From an uncultured bacterium (GTDB lineage: Bacteria > Zixibacteria > MSB-5A5 > CAIYYT01), in contig CAVSCK010000004.1 in the NCBI GenBank assembly GCA_963726455.1, positions 1,440,001-1,504,000 of the forward strand: 64,000 nucleotides of DNA, read 5' to 3'. The notes beneath the pieces were generated by a model, which was not told the origin of the DNA, made no database searches, and was given only the letters and a program-made list of their open reading frames with translations. Positions 60,855-64,000 of the stretch are shown here, in pieces (the stretch's first letter is position 1; every line of letters begins with the position of its first letter). The position numbers and the translations under genes are program-made.

Positions 60855-62963
60855 ATGAGACAATATTTGTCGCCATACAGACCGATAGCCATATTTGTCC
60901 GCCTTGTCGTCTGCCTGATTGCCCTGTTCCTCGCAGGAATCAGTTCTGCCGTGGCAGGAATTTCGCCCAACCTTTCCGGCACGATCAATGTGTCAGGCGT
61001 AAATTCGCTGTCCGACACACTGCACGAACAGAGTCTCAGCCAGCAGTACGCTATCTACTGGCAAAAGAATCTCTTCCCCTATGTGATGTTGCGCACCTCG
61101 GTTACTTACTTCAATTATGGCCTGAACCAAAACATCGGCGCGAATAGTTGGCGCAAAGAGTTTTCTCCGGTAGCGGAGCTGACGTGGAAGCATCCGTACT
61201 TTAGTCTATCCGGTTCGGCGCAACGCCGCCAGACCAGCAGTAACGACATGCTCACCAACCTGAACAACGATTTTCTGACTGCGAGTCTGCGCACGCGATT
61301 GGCAAATTATCCTTACATCAATGCCCAGTTTCAGCAAAGCGATATCTACAACCGCCCCGATCGCCGTGAGCGCGACACGCGGAACCGTTCGCTGATAGCC
61401 GCGACCGGCTACAGTACGCGAAGCTCGAATGCTTCTTATTCGTTTTCGCTTCGCAACACAATCAACCGCCTGGATCAACGACAACAGAAAGATTATCAGC
61501 ATTCGGTACGGCTGAATCATACCCGCAATCTGGTCGGGAAAGCAGTAAGAACAAGCGTTGGATATTCGCTGGATTATCGCACCCAGCATGATATCACTCC
61601 GGCTGCCAGCATTCTTCCTCGCGAGATCCCCGGGTTGAACGGCCTGTATGCCAACGATGCAACGCCCGACTTGGGCGCGCTTGATAGCATTACATCTTTG
61701 GCAGATGGAAATACTGCCTTACCAACGACGCCTCCGATCGATATCGGCAACGGCAACGTCAACTGGAACCTGGGCGCTGACCTCGGCGCCACGCAGACAG
61801 TCAATAAGATCTATGTCTACACCGACCGTCCCTCCGGCAATGGAGTGCGCTGGGAAGTCTTCAGGTCGGCCGACAATATCGTCTGGAATCAGGTGACGGG
61901 ATCAACGTCATTCTTCAATATCAGTTTCAGCCGCTACGAAATCAGTTTTCCCAGCGACACTACTCGCCTTATCAAGGCCGTAAATTCCGGCCTCAATGAA
62001 GTTCCGACGGTTTTTGTGACTGAACTCGAAGCGCTGGTCGAAATCGGGAACCAGCCCGATATCAAACGGGAGCAAACCATTCATCAGGCAAATTTGAATA
62101 ATACTTTTCTCTTGTCATCCAAACTTACGGCCGGTGCCGATGTCTACTTGCGCCGTGAATCGGGCAGAAGTTTGTCCGTGTTACGAAATGAGACCGATTA
62201 CGCCGCCAGCACGAGATTCAAGTTTTCCGAGGCATTACAGAACGGTGTTCGCTACGAAATCGACCTGATCAACTTTGAAAAAGGCACCCCCGATGTCGAT
62301 AAGACGTCTTCGGTGGCCTATGATCTGCAGTACAGACCAATGGAGACTCTCGCTTTTCTCTTGTCCGCAGCCAGCCGTCACAGCTATATTGGTCCGATGA
62401 AGTCCCAGGAACTCAATAATGCCATTCTGCGGGCGCTTGGCGACCCCTTCGTTCGCTTGCACATCGCGACTGAGGTTGGATACTCAGGCAACAATCTCTA
62501 CGCGGGGAATCTCAGATATAACACCTTCGTCTATAACATGTCAGTCACCGGCGGAATCTTCAGGTTCCTGGACGCCGGCGTGACTTATGGCTATCAGCAT
62601 ACTGACGACGTCAGAAACGCCTTGATACGGACCAAGAACCAATATTCCCTGCTCGTGACCTATCGGATGACGCGCCATATTCTGATGCAGGGAAACGTTG
62701 ATCTGACCCATGACTTCAACAATCGCTACATTTCCCAGGAATACCTGGTAAGCTGGACGGCCTCTCCCAAGCTCAGTCTTTCCGGTTCCGCCTATTTGAC
62801 CGAGCAGTACGGCGCTTCGCGAACCGATAGATACAATGCCCAGCTTCAATATTATGTCACCGCGCGCACGTCGCTGTTGGTGATGTATACCGAGTATGAT
62901 CTGACTCCCACTCTCGGCAATCGCACTGCCGCCATACAGGCCGGTATCAGGACTTCTTTTTGA
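60855..62963 (+). CDS. Outer-membrane beta-barrel protein with an inserted discoidin-like domain
   Basis: Signal peptide, alternating amphipathic Tyr/Ser/Asn-rich strands, terminal Phe (GIRTSF); central LGADLG..VNKIYVY..WEVFRSADN..W segment. Confidence 0.8.
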   Translation: MRQYLSPYRPIAIFVRLVVCLIALFLAGISSAVAGISPNLSGTINVSGVNSLSDTLHEQSLSQQYAIYWQKNLFPYVMLRTSVTYFNYGLNQNIGANSWRKEFSPVAELTWKHPYFSLSGSAQRRQTSSNDMLTNLNNDFLTASLRTRLANYPYINAQFQQSDIYNRPDRRERDTRNRSLIAATGYSTRSSNASYSFSLRNTINRLDQRQQKDYQHSVRLNHTRNLVGKAVRTSVGYSLDYRTQHDITPAASILPREIPGLNGLYANDATPDLGALDSITSLADGNTALPTTPPIDIGNGNVNWNLGADLGATQTVNKIYVYTDRPSGNGVRWEVFRSADNIVWNQVTGSTSFFNISFSRYEISFPSDTTRLIKAVNSGLNEVPTVFVTELEALVEIGNQPDIKREQTIHQANLNNTFLLSSKLTAGADVYLRRESGRSLSVLRNETDYAASTRFKFSEALQNGVRYEIDLINFEKGTPDVDKTSSVAYDLQYRPMETLAFLLSAASRHSYIGPMKSQELNNAILRALGDPFVRLHIATEVGYSGNNLYAGNLRYNTFVYNMSVTGGIFRFLDAGVTYGYQHTDDVRNALIRTKNQYSLLVTYRMTRHILMQGNVDLTHDFNNRYISQEYLVSWTASPKLSLSGSAYLTEQYGASRTDRYNAQLQYYVTARTSLLVMYTEYDLTPTLGNRTAAIQAGIRTSF

Positions 62964-62986
62964 TTCCGAGTGAAAGGTTTTACATA

Positions 62987-63562
62987 ATGCGTTTTACAGC
63001 CCTGCGGTCAATTTCAATACTAACTCTGCTGTTACTCCTGGTCGCCTGTTCTGGAATGGGGCCGACGGTCTTCGTCAACAAGCAGTACAATTTTAACTTC
63101 CTCGAAAAAGTTGCCGTGGTACCGTTCGAGAACCTCTCCTCCGATCAGGGCGCCGGGGCACGCATCACCCACATTTTCCTCACGGAGCTTTTGTCCACCG
63201 AGTCATTCGATGTGGTCGAGCCGGGGGAAGTGTCCAAAGCCGTCCAGAAATTTGGCGGCGGCGGAACGGCCAGTCTGACCAAAGATCAGATCGTGGAGGT
63301 CGGCAAGACTCTGGGAGTGCAGGGGATTATCCTTGGCTCCGTGAACGAATCGGCCGGCACGCGCGCCGGATCCTCACCTACTACCGAAATTACCATCAAC
63401 GCCAGAATGGTGGAGACCGAAACCGGCCAGACTATTTGGTCGGCTACGAATACTGAGGGCGGACGCGGCTTCTGGGCATCGCTCTTTGGCACCGGCGACA
63501 AGTCGGAAAGCCAATCCACCCGCAAGTGCGTCAAGCGGATCATTAAGACACTGGTCAAGTAG
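62987..63562 (+). CDS. CsgG/DUF799-like lipoprotein
   Basis: Lipobox LVAC; VAVVPFENLS, LGVQGIILGSV, ARMVETETGQTIWS. Confidence 0.82.
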   Translation: MRFTALRSISILTLLLLLVACSGMGPTVFVNKQYNFNFLEKVAVVPFENLSSDQGAGARITHIFLTELLSTESFDVVEPGEVSKAVQKFGGGGTASLTKDQIVEVGKTLGVQGIILGSVNESAGTRAGSSPTTEITINARMVETETGQTIWSATNTEGGRGFWASLFGTGDKSESQSTRKCVKRIIKTLVK

Positions 63563-63569
63563 CCACGCG

Positions 63570-64000
63570 ATGACTGCCTCCATAGTTCGCCGGATATTTC
63601 TCGTTGCCGCGTTGCCGGTTATTTCGATGATCCTCGGGGTATTCTCTTTGCCATCTGATCTCAGCGCCGCTGCGCGCATAGGAATCCTGCCGTTCGGCAA
63701 TTACACCAATACCAACTCAGCACCCGATTCGCTGACACCCCTGATCCAGGAGCAATTGACTTCGCGCGGGTTTGTGGCGGTATCGCACGACAGCATCCGC
63801 AATTTCATGCGCCACCAGCGCCTCAGAACGATGGGTATGGTTTCCTCCAAAGAGACCGAATTGCTGCGCGACAACCTCAGTTTGGATTACTTGATCACGG
63901 GCTCGCTGGACTTCTACGCGGCACAGGCCAATCCCGAAGTAGGACTTTCCGTTCGGGTAATTGATTGTCACTCGCTGGCAATCGTGTGGGCGGCGAGTCA
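63570..64000 (+). CDS. Second CsgG-like secreted protein (3' truncated; absent from ORF track)
   Basis: Manual translation MTASIVRRIFLVAALP...RIGILPFGNYT...LDYLITGSLDFY...VGLSVRVIDCHSLAIVWAAS. Confidence 0.8.
   Translation, partial: MTASIVRRIFLVAALPVISMILGVFSLPSDLSAAARIGILPFGNYTNTNSAPDSLTPLIQEQLTSRGFVAVSHDSIRNFMRHQRLRTMGMVSSKETELLRDNLSLDYLITGSLDFYAAQANPEVGLSVRVIDCHSLAIVWAAS

Noticed and set aside
1-64000. CRISPR arrays, rRNA/tRNA genes, IS elements, prophage
   Set aside because: No regularly spaced repeats, recognisable structural RNA, transposase, integrase or phage genes were seen by eye. Small ncRNAs in intergenic gaps cannot be excluded without Infernal/tRNAscan.

Overview
Ordinary-chromosome window (~55% GC by eye) from a diderm bacterium, probably candidate phylum Zixibacteria or a related FCB lineage (inferred from the Cys-containing dockerin-like C-terminal domains and FlgD/T9SS-like tails). 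The left half is on the minus strand: a secreted FN3/FlgD-tail protein with a TonB-dependent receptor, a lipoate-ligase-family gene, a TPR-GAF-sigma54 activator preceded by a small secreted protein, the yceD-rpmF-plsX-fabHDG-acpP-fabF-rnc-etfB cluster, hbd-ackA, an island of secreted hypothetical proteins next to a duplicated CDF-transporter 3' end, and the CDF gene. The right half holds an LVIVD/dockerin protein, alpha-2-macroglobulin plus pbpC, a HybA/HybB(NrfD)-13-heme cytochrome module, a heme biosynthesis operon with an embedded two-component system, and a multiheme cluster. The most striking feature is in that cluster: a hexaheme homolog of the Geobacter OmcS nanowire cytochrome, flanked by an NHL beta-propeller, a beta-barrel and CsgG-like proteins resembling the omcS-companion (osc) assembly machinery. 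Rex/CRP-like palindromes precede these redox operons. pbpC and hemH each carry two +1 frameshifts, probably sequence errors. I saw no rRNA, tRNA, CRISPR array or integrase/transposase. All homology calls come from motif recognition by eye; no searches were run.
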